Assembly: GCA_036785375.1 (NCBI GenBank)
Contig: JAWMAR010000346.1
Span: forward strand, 1,984,001-2,048,000
Origin: Leucoraja ocellata
Lineage: Eukaryota
Direction of reading: 5' to 3'
DNA length: 64,000 nucleotides
Part shown: positions 13,280 through 26,079 of the stretch, in pieces
Position numbering within the stretch: the first letter of the stretch is position 1
Layout: every line of letters starts with the position of its first letter
The notes under the pieces: generated by a model
Database searches by the model: none
What the model was told of the DNA's origin: nothing
Seen by the model: the letters and a program-made list of their open reading frames with translations, nothing else
Program-made: the position numbers and the translations under genes

Positions 13280-14310
13280 AACAACATGAAAACTGATAAT
13301 GGTGATATTGTACGTGAAAATAATGCCAAATGTCTGGAGAATTACTTGACCTCAATAGTGACCATCGAGAAAGAAAATAACAAGCTGAACACCCCAAGTT
13401 TGTTATTGAAACAGGGATCATCCATTTCCATGCAATCAAAATATCGGTGATGAAGAAAGTAATGCCACTAAAGAGCAATAACTCCCCAAGGCCAGTTAAT
13501 ATCAACCTGGAAATTAAAAACAGCAGTTACTCACATTGCCAATTCCTTAATGTGATTTCAGAATTATTAGTTTAGTCTGAAATATGTACGTGACACGCAC
13601 TCATTAAAAGAGGGAGAGAAAGTGAATTATAGACCAGTTTGCTTAACATATACTAGTCTATAATTAAGCATTGAAAAGCTGAACACCTTGAATATGTTCA
13701 GCTGATCAGCCAGCATGGTTTGTATAAGTCATATCATGATTTGTTTAAACATATGACAGAATTTTGTATTTCTAAACATGTGACAACTTATGTATGTTAT
13801 GCAAGTGAAATTGCAACACTTTTTATAGTTACATCATCTTTTTTAACACTGCTAATAGCTACACCTAAAGTTCATCAAACTGAAGGCATATTATTGACCT
13901 GGTTAGGGAATTGGCTGAGAGTTAGAGAAGAGAGATGTACTGACTTGAGTTGAGGCAAGATGTAACCAGATATAACTCAGCAGTGGGCCATAGCAATTCA
14001 CCATGCGTATAAACTACCTGCAAAAATGGATAGTAAGAAACTTGTCGGAGTTTACAAATGATGCAAAATGGGTGGTACTGTTTATACCGCACGTGGTAGC
14101 GTTACATTACAGAGTATTCATTGATTAAGCAAATTGAAAAAAATGTGCTGAATACATTTTAATATTGGGAAATGAGAGGTCATGCATTTTGAGCCAATAA
14201 AGAATAGAGTGCTTTCTAAATGGTGAAAGGCCACAAACCGTGGAAGTTCAAACCAATTCATGGTTGTAAATCATGGACATCTTTAAGCAAAAAGGTTATT
14301 AGTGAACAAG
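13280..14310 (+). mobile_element. Old degenerate CR1 ORF2 fragment
   Basis: Remnants of SPGPD, NYRPVSL (aattatagaccagtttgctta), WIxNWL (tggttagggaattggctg) and KCEVMHF motifs with many stops. Confidence 0.6.
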
Positions 14311-14387
14311 CCCTTTGTATTTGGTGGTACACAAAAATGCTGGAGAAACTCAGCGGGTGCAGCAGCATCTATGGAGCGAAGGAGATA

Positions 14388-14420
14388 GGTAACGTTTCGG
14401 GCCGAAACCCTTCTTCAGAC
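14388..14420 (-). ncRNA. Minimal hammerhead core in a Penelope terminal fragment (14325-14420)
   Basis: gtCTGAAGA-a-gggtTTCGgccc-GAAA-cg-TT-ac. Core intact, helix I only 2-3 bp. Confidence 0.55.
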
Positions 14421-14534
14421 ACTATTTGTTGGACTGGAATGCTATGAGAATGGTCCAAGTGTGGTCCAACGATGTGACCTCCATGTTAAACTTAAACAGA
14501 AGGACCATACGCAGAGCTGACCATGAGATCTTAG

Positions 14535-15365
14535 GTTTTCGGTGGGCGGGGTAACTCACGTCACAGCGGCCTCTGCAGTCCATCTGTCTTTTTTTATTTT
14601 TTGTCTCGTTTAAATGTAGTTATAGTGGCTTTTTTTAACTGAGTATGTGTGTGGGGCGCGGGGGGGGGGTGGGGGAAACGTTTAAATCTTTTCCCTATAC
14701 GGAGAACCCGACCTTTTCTTTGTCGGGTCTCCGTTGTCGTTGGGGCCTAGCACCGTGGGCGGCCTCCAACCGGAACAACCTGGAGCTCCAGTTGCGGAGC
14801 CTGCGGACGTATCCACCAACTGGCCGAGTTCGGAGCGGGAGGAGCTGTGGTGGCGAGCTGCTGCGGCCCGACCCCGGAGATTCGGAGGCTCCAACTGCAG
14901 GTCTGGTGGACAGTGACACCGGGAGCCCGCGGGTCCCTGGTGGGAGACCGCTTTTCGGGGCTTCCGCAACGGCGACTTCTCCCGCCCGAGTTGCGGGGTT
15001 GAAAATTACCTGGAGCAGGGCCTTATATCGCCCGCCGTGGCTTTAACGGCCGTGGGACTTGCTAGCGCCCGCCGGGGGCTTCAACACCAGGACCCAGAGC
15101 GCGGCCTTGCATCGCCCGGCGTGGCTTTAATGGCCGCGGGACACTTACCATCTCCCGCCGGGGACTTTGACTCTGACATCGGGAGGAATGCAGGGGAGAG
15201 ATTAGACTTTGCCTTCCATCACAGTGAGGAGGAGATTCACTGTGATGGATGTTTGTGTAATTGTGTTGTGTCTTGGTTCTTTTTCTTGTGTGTATGACTG
15301 CAGAAACCAAATTTCGTTTGAACCTCAAGAGGTTCAAATGACAACAAATAAATTGTATTGTATTG
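14535..15365 (+). mobile_element. GC-rich non-autonomous retroposon, copy 2
   Basis: Shares tttaaatct...tccct.tacgg.ga.cccgac and the tccatcacagtga hairpin with copy 1. (TTGTA)n tail. Confidence 0.7.
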
Positions 15366-16771
15366 TAGAAAGGCTGTCTTGGCCTTTGAGAGAATTTAGT
15401 GCAGTTGTACTGAAAGGATGTAATCTCTTTCCACAAATTAATCTTGGACTTGAAGAGAAATTAAAAAACTAAGCTTTCACTCCCTGTAATGTAAATGTTT
15501 ATATTCTGCTTTGCTCAATATCTTCAAGGAACTGTGGGCAAATGAAAGGGTGGGACAAAAACTACTGCTGCCTGTTGGAAACTTCAAGGCATGCTATAAT
15601 ATTTGGTCCCATATCTTTTTAGGAGGGAATTTGTGAAATAATTCAAGAAACAAAAAGCTGGTGGGTGCCTGGATTTATCTTCTATCAATGGCAATTATTG
15701 CATTGTATAGGGAACACAACCCTAGTGCTTATCATTCTCTCTCCTTGAATGCAAAGAGTTTTGAAGTACTACATGATTTATTCTAGTACATTGAATCAGA
15801 ATCATTACTGGAAAAATTGAAACTCACTGCACAGAAGAGGGCCATTCTGTCCATTGTGTACAAGCCAAGCAAGAAACACCGTGTTATACTAATCCTACAA
15901 GGTCTGTTGCCCAGCAGACAATGACAATGACAACTTCTCACCAATGAAGACCTAAAATGCTGTAGTCTATAGGGATTAGACTTTCAGTCTGCATTGCATT
16001 TTTAATAAGTAAACTATTTTGTTTTTTTGTTTTTTTTCATCTCTGGCTTTTTCTAACCACCTGCCTATCAAACCCCTCTCATCTATATCCACCTATCGCT
16101 TGCCATGCTTTGTCCCGCCCCCTCCTATCTTCCAGCCTGTTCTCTAATGGTGCTGCCTGAACCGCTGAGTTACTCCAGTATGTTGTGTCTTTTTTTTTGT
16201 GATTTCCTGTATTTGTCTGATTCAGCTGAAGACAGCAAAGCCTTTGGACATCTTAGCACAAGCGTTTGAAATGCTTTGCCAGTTCGTCATCCTTTGTCTT
16301 GCTGTGGTTAAAACCAGCCTTCCCCACCGCTTCTTCAAAGCAGTAAATATTTCAGTCTAGGATCACGTCTGTGAAGCATCTTGAAAGTCCTTACAGTTTT
16401 AACAGCTGCTCAAGTTTATAGCCCAGCTGTTCTTGATTGGTTATGGAACATTTTCTTTATCCATAAAAGATCACCCTGAGAGAGATATGTAATTTGAAAG
16501 GAAAGATTTACAGCCACATCACCACAGAATTATTTAATTGAACTTCCAGTCCCCATCGACACAGGAAAGTGGTCTCAAACCTCAATTCTACCTGCATTTT
16601 TCAAACCCAAAACTCACGTATTTCATTACATACCTTCCCAATTCTTCTGATCTTCCCAACTCATATTGCTGAATCTCGATCTCTCTGCTACTGAACTTTA
16701 CGTAGCAGAGATATTTTTAGGGTGGGTTTGGCAAAATGCTCCTGGTTACAATGATTACATTTAAGTGGTAT

Positions 16772-16990
16772 ACAAAAATGCTGGAGAAACTCAGTGGGTG
16801 AGGCAGCATCTATGGATTGCTGGAGTAGGTGACGTTTTGGGTTGAGACCCTTCTTCAGTCTGAAGAAGGGTCTCGACCTGAAATGTCACCTATTCCTGCG
16901 CTCCATAATTACAGCCTCACCCGCTGAGTTTCTCCAGCATTTTTGTCTACCTTCGATTTTTCTAGCATCTGCAGTTCTTTCTTAAAAATG
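16772..16990. mobile_element. Palindromic Penelope-terminus element with back-to-back hammerhead motifs
   Basis: Arms of about 85 bp centred on cttcagtctgaag. Direct repeat taagtggtat at 16762-16771 and 16991-17000. Confidence 0.8.
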
Positions 16991-17219
16991 TAAGTGGTAT
17001 TCTCACTTGCCAAGTTGCTGGGTCATAAATAAATATAATCTGCTCTTTGACACGTGTAGAACACCTTTCAGTCCTTCACACCATATTCTACTGGTACTTT
17101 TTTCCATCGTACTTTCTCATTCCGTAATCCTATATAACCTATGTTCTTCCATTTAGTTGTGCTTTATTAAACCTAACCACGGAATCACGGGACACGGGGA
17201 GAAAGCAGGAATTGGTTTT

Positions 17220-17945
17220 GGATGGCGCCAGTAATGGCTGCCTCGCCTACAGTCTGTCTGCCCTTTCCTTCTTTGTGTTTAAATAGTATGTGTTAAAAGA
17301 ATGTTTTTAGTGTTCTTTCGCTTGTTTAATGTGGGGGGGTGGGGGTTGGAGGAGACATTTTCTAATGTCTTACCTCAAGGGACATATGATTTTTTTCCGT
17401 ATGGTATCTCCGTCCGCACTGCAGCCTAACATCGAGGAGCTGGAGGCCTTTCCAGAAGACCGAGGTTTGAGAGCTCCACCGCGGTTGCCTGTGGACTTGC
17501 CATCATGGAGTCCGCGATCCGTTTGCCAGGGATTGACCTCTGAGCTCCAACCATGGGCGCTTGCGGACTTAACATCACGGAGCCCGCGGTCTCTGGTCAG
17601 AGACCGACTTTGGGAACTCCAAGCCGCAGGAACTTCAACCGCCCAGACGCGGGAGTTTCGATCGCCCCGACACGGGGGCTTCGACCGCCAGCTGCAGGAG
17701 ATTTGATCGCCCCGACAAATGGTTCGACTGCCCCGATCGCAGGAGAATAAAGTGGAAGAAGATTGGACTTTATTGCCTTCCAGCACAGTGATGAATGTGG
17801 GGAATCCACTGTGGTGGATGTTTATGTTAACTTTTTATGTAGTTGTGTGTCTTGTTGCTTTTTTTTTGTATGGCTGTATGGTCATTCACATATCACTGTA
17901 CCTTAATTGGTATATGTGACAATAAAAGACCTTTGAACCTTTGAT
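17220..17945 (+). mobile_element. GC-rich non-autonomous retroposon, copy 3 (diverged), inserted in a CR1 tail
   Basis: Starts gatggcgcc, has the 3' hairpin at about 17779-17818 and ends gtgacaataaaag(acctttga)n. CR1 3' UTR flanks both sides. Confidence 0.65.
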
Positions 17946-19004
17946 CATATTGAATGGCGGTGCTGCCTTGAAGGGCCGAATGGCCTACTCCTGCACCTAT
18001 TTTCTATGTTTCTATGTCTATGTTTCCATCCAGTGTCGGACAGAACTAAGGTCCCATGCTATAAATACAATAAATGATGAAAGATTGGCCATGTATTATA
18101 TGGTCAATCTTCACTAGCAGTTTGGGGCATTAGAGATCAAGGGATTATTACATTCGTACAACAATCCTCTCATACTATTTGTTAGTTTCCATATTATTGA
18201 TGTCAATGTCAGATTACATCAGTGCTCATCAATTTATCCCTGTGTCTACTCAAGATGATGTAAGAAATTCCTTCGTACAAGATAAGAAATCAGAAGTTCT
18301 CTCGGTATCTTGGACTACACTTACCCCTTAAACTAACATGACTTCAGCTGATTATCTAGCCAATTATACTAATAGATGCTTGTGGATGTTTACTCTGGCT
18401 CCCATTGTTTACACATCTTCCAAAGAAATGGGAAAAGCAATATAGACGCAGGGAATCTAAAATCAAAATAAAAATGAGCTGCAAATACTTAACACTTCAG
18501 GCAGTATCTGTGGAAAGGAGGAAAAAAAAGACAATATCTGTGTTGGTGACCTTTCAGCTCATTGAGATGAAATATTAATTCTGCTTTTTCCCACCCTAGA
18601 TCTGATGAATAATTTCAATATTTTCTTTTTAATCCAACAGTTATTAACCAAATCCAATGTGGTTCAAAACACTTATTAGTTCTGAAAGACATAACTTGAA
18701 AGTCCTTCATTAAAATGGTGAACAGAATATTATGTTCTTTGCAGAGGAATTTGAAGAAAGATTATTGGAGCTTTCTCTCGTAATATAAATGTATGTTTTA
18801 CCTATGTTCATCAAGACGTTCAGCTTTTGCTCATCGTCTAATTTTGCCCCCTCTCTTATTCTCCACCTAACTCAGTGTACCCCAATGAGACCCTCAAATG
18901 CAGTACTCAATCTTTGCTGAAATCCCTCTGGTGTTGTTTTGACTGCAAAGGTTATATCTCTTTAATGACATCTACCAAGTAATGTGTGTAAATGCGTTAA
19001 ATGT

Positions 19005-19520
19005 GGTCTCCGTAATGGTGCAGCAGCCGTAGACTTGCTGCCTTATGCCCCTGTCCCACTTAGGAAACCTGAACGGAAACCTCTGGCGACTTTGCGCCCC
19101 ACCCAAGGTTTCCGTGCGGTTCCTGGAGGTTTTTTGTCAGTCTCTCTACCTGCTTCCACTACCTGCAACCTCCAGGAACTGCACGGAAACCTTGGGTAAG
19201 GCGCAAAGTCTCCAGAGGTTTCCGTTCAGTTTTCCTAAGTGGGACAGGGGTCTGGCTTCAATCCTGGCTGCGGGTGTAAGGAGTTAGTACGTTCTGCCTG
19301 GGACTGTGTGGGTTTTTTCCAGGTGCTCGGGTGTCTCCCCCCTCCCCTCCCCCCCCACATTCCAAAAACGTGCAGGTTCGTAGATTAATTGGCTTCTGTA
19401 AATTGCCTCTAGTATTCAGAACGCAAAAGTGGGATAACATATAACTAGTGTACGGGTGATCATTGGTCAGCATGGACTCGGTGGGCTGAAGGGCCTGTTT
19501 CCATGCTGTATCTCTAAATT
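19005..19520 (+). mobile_element. tRNA-derived V-SINE (HE1-like) interrupted by a MITE
   Basis: A-box-like tggtgcagcag, V-domain gtgggttttttccaggtgctcggg, CR1-like tail gggctgaagggcctgtttcc. Confidence 0.7.
19046..19250. mobile_element. PIF/Harbinger-type MITE family A
   Basis: Long TIR tgcccctgtcccacttaggaaac...gttttcctaagtgggacagggg, preceded by TTA. Confidence 0.8.
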
Positions 19521-19699
19521 AAAGATCTATATGAATGCAGGACACCATTCACGTTGGGAAAATATCTTAAATCATCTTCAAATGGTAATGGCTCCTCTTC
19601 GGAGCTTTGTTCACTCCTTGGAAATCTTCAGCTTGCCACTTGATTTCTTAACATTCACTGCCTCCGAAAATAGCACTATTGGGCTATAATCATGGGTTG

Positions 19700-21060
19700 A
19701 AAGCGTCTCCACAACTAAGTTTTAATTTTCTCTTTGAGAACATTTGGACGATGATATGAAGATGCACTGTCACCAACTTCCATGTAACACAATTGTATAT
19801 TCATCAGAGTTGCGGTACTCAAGTAGTTGGTTGAGTTCAAGCAATGTCGTGATGCAGCCTCGATCTATATTTGTCCTCTCATCAGCCATACTGTAATATT
19901 TTAAAGTGTGGTTACAACAAGAGCTACTTCTCAGTTCTCTTGATTCTTTGCTTCACCATCATTGGAGAGCATCTTCCTGCTGCAGGAGCACATGACTCAC
20001 TGGATTTAGCCAAATGCCATGAAATTGATGGTTGATTTTGGGAGGACATTGCATATTGCACCCAATTTAAGTTGAAGTAACATTGTTTTTTTCCTGCTCC
20101 TTCAACAGAATGACCTCATCTGATTACAGGCACATCGTGTTCAGCTGTTGTTCCGATTCGGACCCTGGTACAAACTCATCTCATCCACCCCATACCCTGT
20201 TCATTGCAAATGCAGTTTATCCCATAAGCAGTTTATTTGATTCCCAACTAATCAAGTTGCTGTTCACAATACTCTAATTAGTATTCAGATCACCTTTGCT
20301 ATACATGGCCTATTCTGCACCCTGCACTTCATTCACTTCCTGGAGTTCTTCTTGTAGACTACCTGTACAGTACACAGTTGACACCTGTACACAACCTGTA
20401 CTTCTTCTTAAAGCCTAGCTTTAGATAGGTTTCCATGCCATTCACGATTTCTAGAATTAAATCTATCTCATAGCTAGGCAATTCCTCAAGCTAGTTTCCA
20501 CTACTAATCTGGAGCCAACAGGCATTGCAGATGCCGAGCTTACGAAAAAAAATATAAAATGCTGGTGTATCTATCTCAGCGGGCCAGGCAGCATCTCAGG
20601 ACAGCATGGATCCCGACCTAACCATATCTCCAGAGATGATGCCTGACCCACAGAGTTACTCCACCACTCTGTGGCTTTTTTGGCCACAAATAATCTGAAT
20701 TCTTCTAAATCGGTTGTTCAAATTGGCAAAATTGCAATTATCTGCTAATAGGCATTGCTCCATTTGGAAAATATTAAAGGATTTTCCCTACCCATGGTTG
20801 CATGATCAACTGTTTCATTGCATTCAATGTGCTTGCATTCTTGGGCCTCATTTGAGGCCTCTGTGGTTTGATGCAGCTCTTTGCCTGTGTGACCAACTAA
20901 GTATAAACACCTTCATTGTCTCCTGTTTTGATTTGTCTGGCATGGTCGTGATACAGCATAAACTCTTCCGTCCACTCTTTCAATTCTTCAGATAAGTGAC
21001 TTGCTCGAAAGTCCAGCAACTTGGGTGCTTTCATTTGTTTTGCAGTGTATTTTCTCAATT
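19700..21060 (-). mobile_element. Possible highly decayed Gypsy-type LTR retrotransposon relic
   Basis: MKAPKLLDFRASHLSEELKEWTEEFMLY resembles the gag N-terminus of fish Gypsy elements. Downstream similarity is weak and boundaries are uncertain. Confidence 0.3.
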
Positions 21061-21734
21061 GAATCACACAGCTTGCTGCCTGATGTATATTATCTGAATT
21101 GAGAGAGAGACACAACATGCTGGAGTACAGTAACTCAGCAAGTCGGGCATCATCTCAGAGATGCTGTCTGACCCGTTGAGTTACTCCAACATTTTTGTGT
21201 CTCTCTTCGGTATAAATCAGTATCTACACTTCATTTTTATTACAACTTGTCTGCTCCATCTGAATTGAGAGGCTAGACTGGCAGTAATTCAGAATTCTGA
21301 TTCAGATACTGTGTCTAAGTTTCATAATTTCACCAATCAGCAATTCTGTCACTCTGATTCGGTATTTTGATCGAACATCCTGTCGAATAGGAAGTAATTA
21401 AATAGCAACAAAGATATTTTAAGTAAAAAAATGTACAGGAGCAACATTCCTTACTTTGTGTTTCTGTGCCGTTTTTGAACTGCACAAATTAACATTGCAA
21501 TCACACTAAGAACTGTCAATCACACACAACAGCAATTAAATAATTATTTGACCCCGACCAATATTACATATACCCTATTTCCTGTTCACTTTCAAATGTA
21601 ACCAGCTTTTCTTTGAAACTCTATCAATATTTCAAGGTTTCCTCATGCACTTATCTGAAGAAAGGTCTTGACCTGAAACGTCACCTATTCCTTTTCAACA
21701 GAAATGCTGCCTGACCCACTGAGTTATTCCAGAA

Positions 21735-22440
21735 AGTCCCTGCTTCAACTATCTCCTCTGGCAGCTTGTTCCATACCCCCACCACCCCTTGTGTGAAAAA
21801 ATTACCCTTCGGATTTGTATTAAATCTTTTCCCCATCACCTTGAACCTATGTCCTCTGGTCCTCGATTCACCTACTCTGGGCAAGAGACTCTGTGCATCT
21901 ACCCAATCTTTCCTCTCAGGATTTTATACACCCCTATAAGATCACCCCTCATCCTCCTGTGCTCCAAGGAATAGAGTCCCAGCCTACTCAACCTCTCCTT
22001 ATAGCTCAGACCCTCCAGTACGGGCAACATAGAAACATAGAAAATAGGTGCAGGAGTAGGCCATTCGGCCCTTCGAGCCTGCACCGCCATTCAATATGGC
22101 CATGGCTGATCATCAAAGGATCATCCAATATCCTTGTAAATCTTCTCTGTAAATTTCTCTGTACGCAGATTGGTCTGAAGAGGGGTCTCGACCTGAAACG
22201 TCACCAATTCCTTCCTTCCAGAGATGCTGCCAGTCCTGCTGAGTTACTCCAGCATTTTTTGTCTATCTTCGGTGTAAACCAGCATCTGCAGTTCCTTCCT
22301 ACACACTCTGTACCCTTTCCAGCTTGACATCTTTCCTATAACATGGTGCCCAGAACTGAGCACAATACTCTAAATGCGGCCTCACCAATGTCTTATATAA
22401 CTGCAACATGACCTCCCAACTTCTATACTCAACTGACCTC
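21735..22440 (-). mobile_element. CR1 LINE 3' fragment with two nested insertions
   Basis: LEGLSYKERLSRLGLYSLEHRRMRGDLI and RTRGHRFKV...FFTQGVVGVWNKLP. Confidence 0.9.
22169..22208 (+). ncRNA. Type I minimal hammerhead ribozyme with complete helix I
   Basis: attggt-CTGAAGA-g-gggt-ctcg-acct-GAAA-cg-TC-accaat. Predicted cleavage after C22202. Confidence 0.7.
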
Positions 22441-24544
22441 CCAATTTCTAACCTTGCCCCGTTTCAAAGAAAGGTCACTGGCCTGAAAAGTGAATTCTGT
22501 TGTTTTTTTTTGTCTCCACAGATGCTGCCTGGCTTGCTGAATATATCCACTATTTCATGTTTAAATTTAGATTTCCAGAATCTGCAATGTTGTGCTTTAG
22601 GATTTCACACTGACTGTTCATCCTTCTTATTTAAAATGCAAATAAGAAGCATTACTATTTGATCGGTTACATGGCACTTAAAAATAACATAGAATTTTCT
22701 TCTGAGCCGTTGAAATTATTACAGGTCGAGTTAGTAAAACAAAGAACTGAAATTGTCTAAAACCCCATGTAACACCGAAGTGAAATAATGTTATGAACTT
22801 AATATCAAAATATTAATGGCCTGTCTTCGCAAAAGGAAATTACATATTGCTTGCTTTTTACATGAGTGATTTGGTGTTAATCAAACTGTCTGATGGACAT
22901 TTAATTAGTTCTATGTACAACTTGCTGCCACATTAAGCTACACACAATTTTGCTGCATAATAAATGGAAGAAAAAAAATCTCATGTGGAGCTTCTGAGGG
23001 CTTTAAACCATAAAGGAAACAGGTTTATATTATGTGTAGGAAGGAACTGCAGTTGCTGGTTTAAATCGAAGGTAGACACAAAAACCTGGAGTATCTCCAG
23101 ACTTCTGAAGAAGGGTCTCGACCCGAAACATCACCAATTCCTTCTCCCCAGAGATGCTGCCTGTCCCACTGAGTTAATCCAGCTTTTTGTGTCTATTTTC
23201 AGTTTTATGGAAATAGGAAATATGGATATGGAAATTCATTTCACTCGTCTTAATTCATCTGAAAATCAAAACACCCCACCGCATCTTTTAAATATGTAGT
23301 GATATGAAATTATTCATTTCTTAACCTAATATTTCATGTGTTCCAATTTCCTCAGTGGTCATGTTGGCAAACAGACTGCTGTTGAACATTTACGGTTGGT
23401 TCAAGAACATAGTTACACTACTACACCAGCCCTTGTCTTGGTGCCTTTGGACAATTTTGGACAAAGTCATTCGAAGATATGAAGCATGATTTCTATTTAG
23501 AACATTTCAATTTTATGATCACCCTCCCTGATATATTTGTTGCCATCTATTGTTGGCCGATTTAAAAAACGTCACAAAGTGCAGGAGTAACTAAAGGATC
23601 AGGCATCATATCCGGCAATATGTTTCCTAATCCGCTGAGTTACTTTAGCACTTTGGAAACCAGCATCTGCCATTCCTTGTGTCTACATTGTCTGATTCAT
23701 TTTCTGAAGAATTCCAGAACCATTGTACATTTAAACTGCTATATAAATGCAAACTATTTTTAGAAAATAGAGTATTTTATAGGTACATCATTTAGTTAAT
23801 GTGTGCTCATTTTGTACATGGTTTGAATTCAATTACCTGATCATTTTAAGAATAACATTGCAGTGGGATCTTGTTCCCAAGTAGTTCATTTGTTACAATA
23901 GTCGGTTGTCTTAATAAGAGCTAAAGTAAAAGATACTCATAATTTTTATTGACTTTTGGTAGTAATGTTATTATTGAAAAATAGGGGCATAATGATGTCA
24001 AAGAAATGTGTAGGTAAACGATCTTAACCTTGACATCTTATTAATTTCTGGCATAGATTGCAACCAATGTGTGTTGAATGCATTCTGAAATGAACCATTC
24101 ATCAGAACAATGGGTTGATCCTTACTAATACACAGCAGGAATACTAATAAAGAAATGAGAAGTAACCACTTATTTTGATTTATATCGGGGTGAATTGAGT
24201 GAATTAATTTGTTTCTTGTTTCGAGATGTTAATGAGCGGAATGGGTCATCTGGTTTTTTCCTCACACTTTCATGATAAAACAAATCTGACAGAGGAAAGG
24301 AGAAGATGCCTGCTCTTAAAAATAATGAGTGGAATGGACTTAGACTGAGTTCCACTGTAATCTCCCGGACTCCTTACAGTGGGATCTGTAGTGAAAGTAA
24401 GGACAGGCTTCCTCAATGTCCGTAGAAAGTCAAATTCTCAAGGATTTGCTCATCATAAAAAAATCTGACATATATTGCATTGATACATTTGCAAGGAATC
24501 ATATTCTATCTATACATTGAAGGCGATCAAAACCCTTCCAATTG

Positions 24545-25870
24545 AGGACACAAAGTGCTGCAGTAACTCAGTGGGTCAGGCAGCATTTTAGAGAACATGG
24601 ATAAGTGACATTCCTTCTTCAGACTGGTTGCAGTGGGGAGAGGGAGGGATGGAGAAAGCTGGAAGAGGTGGGGGCAGGACTTAGCCTGGCATGATAGGTG
24701 GATAGAAACGGTTCACATTTTGTATCCCGGGGAAGGAATATAAGCGGAAGGAGACAGGGGGAGAGGGAAGGAGAGGAACAGGTGTGAATCCAAGTGGGGG
24801 ACAGAGAAGTGAAGAGGGGTGGGGAGGGGGGGGGGGGGCAAGGGAGCAAGGGTGTGGTTGTAACTTGAAATTGGAGAACTGAATGTTTATACTGTTAGGC
24901 TGCATGTCACCCAAGTGAATTTGCATGTGGCCTCACTCTAGTAATGGAGGACAGTAGATGAGGTGAGATAGAAGTTCATGAACCATATCTTCTGCATGAG
25001 GTATTCCTGATGTGGCTTCCTTTCTATCAGTGAGACCAAGCGTAGAATGATACAGTGTGGAAACACGCCCTTTGGCCGAACTTGCTCACACTGGCCAACA
25101 CGTCCCAGCTACACTAGTCCCATCTGCCTGTGCATGGTCCATATCCCCCCCCAAACTTGTCCTATCCATGTACCTGTCTAACTGTCTCTTAAACATAGGC
25201 AACAGTTTTGTTGGCCATTTGTGCTCAATCCACCAAGGCCTACTGTATCTCCAAGTTGCGAAAATATTTTAACCCCCATTCCCATTTCTATACTGTCCTT
25301 TCTGTCTCCTCCACTGCCAGAGTGAGGCCATATGCAAAGTCCTCATTCCTCATGGGGAGCTTCCATCCTAACATTATGAACATTTAATTCTCCAATTTCA
25401 GGCACCTAACCTATGAACAAATCCCTCATCTTTCTCCCCCCTACCTCTTTGCTGTGCTCCTGTTAGATTCACACCCATTTCCCCCCTTTCCCCTTCCTTG
25501 TCCCACTCCACTTTATATCCCATCTTCTAGCTTCACAATTCTCACCTCTTCTATCCTTATCTCACACATTTTGTCCCTTCATCTCAGGTTTATATCCATC
25601 CTTCAACCTATCCACCCCCACCCCACCTTCATCTGTATTCACCTATCACTTCCCAGATTTTATTCTGTCCAAGTTTCTTTCAATATTCTCCCCCCCCCTC
25701 CCCCCCCACCCCCTCCCCCTCCCCCCCCCCCCCCCACTACCACAATCAGTCTGAATAAAGGTCCCAACTCAAAAAGACACACATCCATGTTCTCGAGAGA
25801 TGCTAGCTGGCCCGCTATGTTATTGCCCCACTTTGTATCTTTTTTTTTGTAAACCAGTATCTGCAGTTTC
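24545..25870. mobile_element. Two older Penelope fragments in opposite orientation (minus 24545-24950, plus about 24990-25870 with a CR1 tail at 25025-25195)
   Basis: YISETKRR...FVGHLCS remnant, cagagtgaggcc motif and family terminal repeats at both outer ends. Confidence 0.6.
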
Positions 25871-26079
25871 TTGAGCTTCTAGTTGAGGGGTTGGTCACAT
25901 AACAGCGTGGGTATCCTTAGGTGACACTGCACTATTCCTCCAATTATAATATTTGAAAATTGAGCATTGAATTCTCAGTAGCGTCAGAATGTATAAAGAA
26001 ACTTGAGAAAGTTAGTTGTCAACAATGACTGCTTGTCAGTCACATCAGGTCAAGCAGCAAGAAAATATTTTACGCAATA

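Noticed and set aside
13275-13505. Hydrophobic ORF resembling a membrane-protein exon
   Set aside because: It is the antisense of a decayed CR1 ORF2 on the plus strand.
11391-17919. Many overlapping 70-140 aa ORFs in GC-rich patches
   Set aside because: Expected in GC-rich repeats. The frames are not conserved between the three copies.
25454-25852. Poly-proline ORF
   Set aside because: A poly-C tract within a Penelope 3' UTR.
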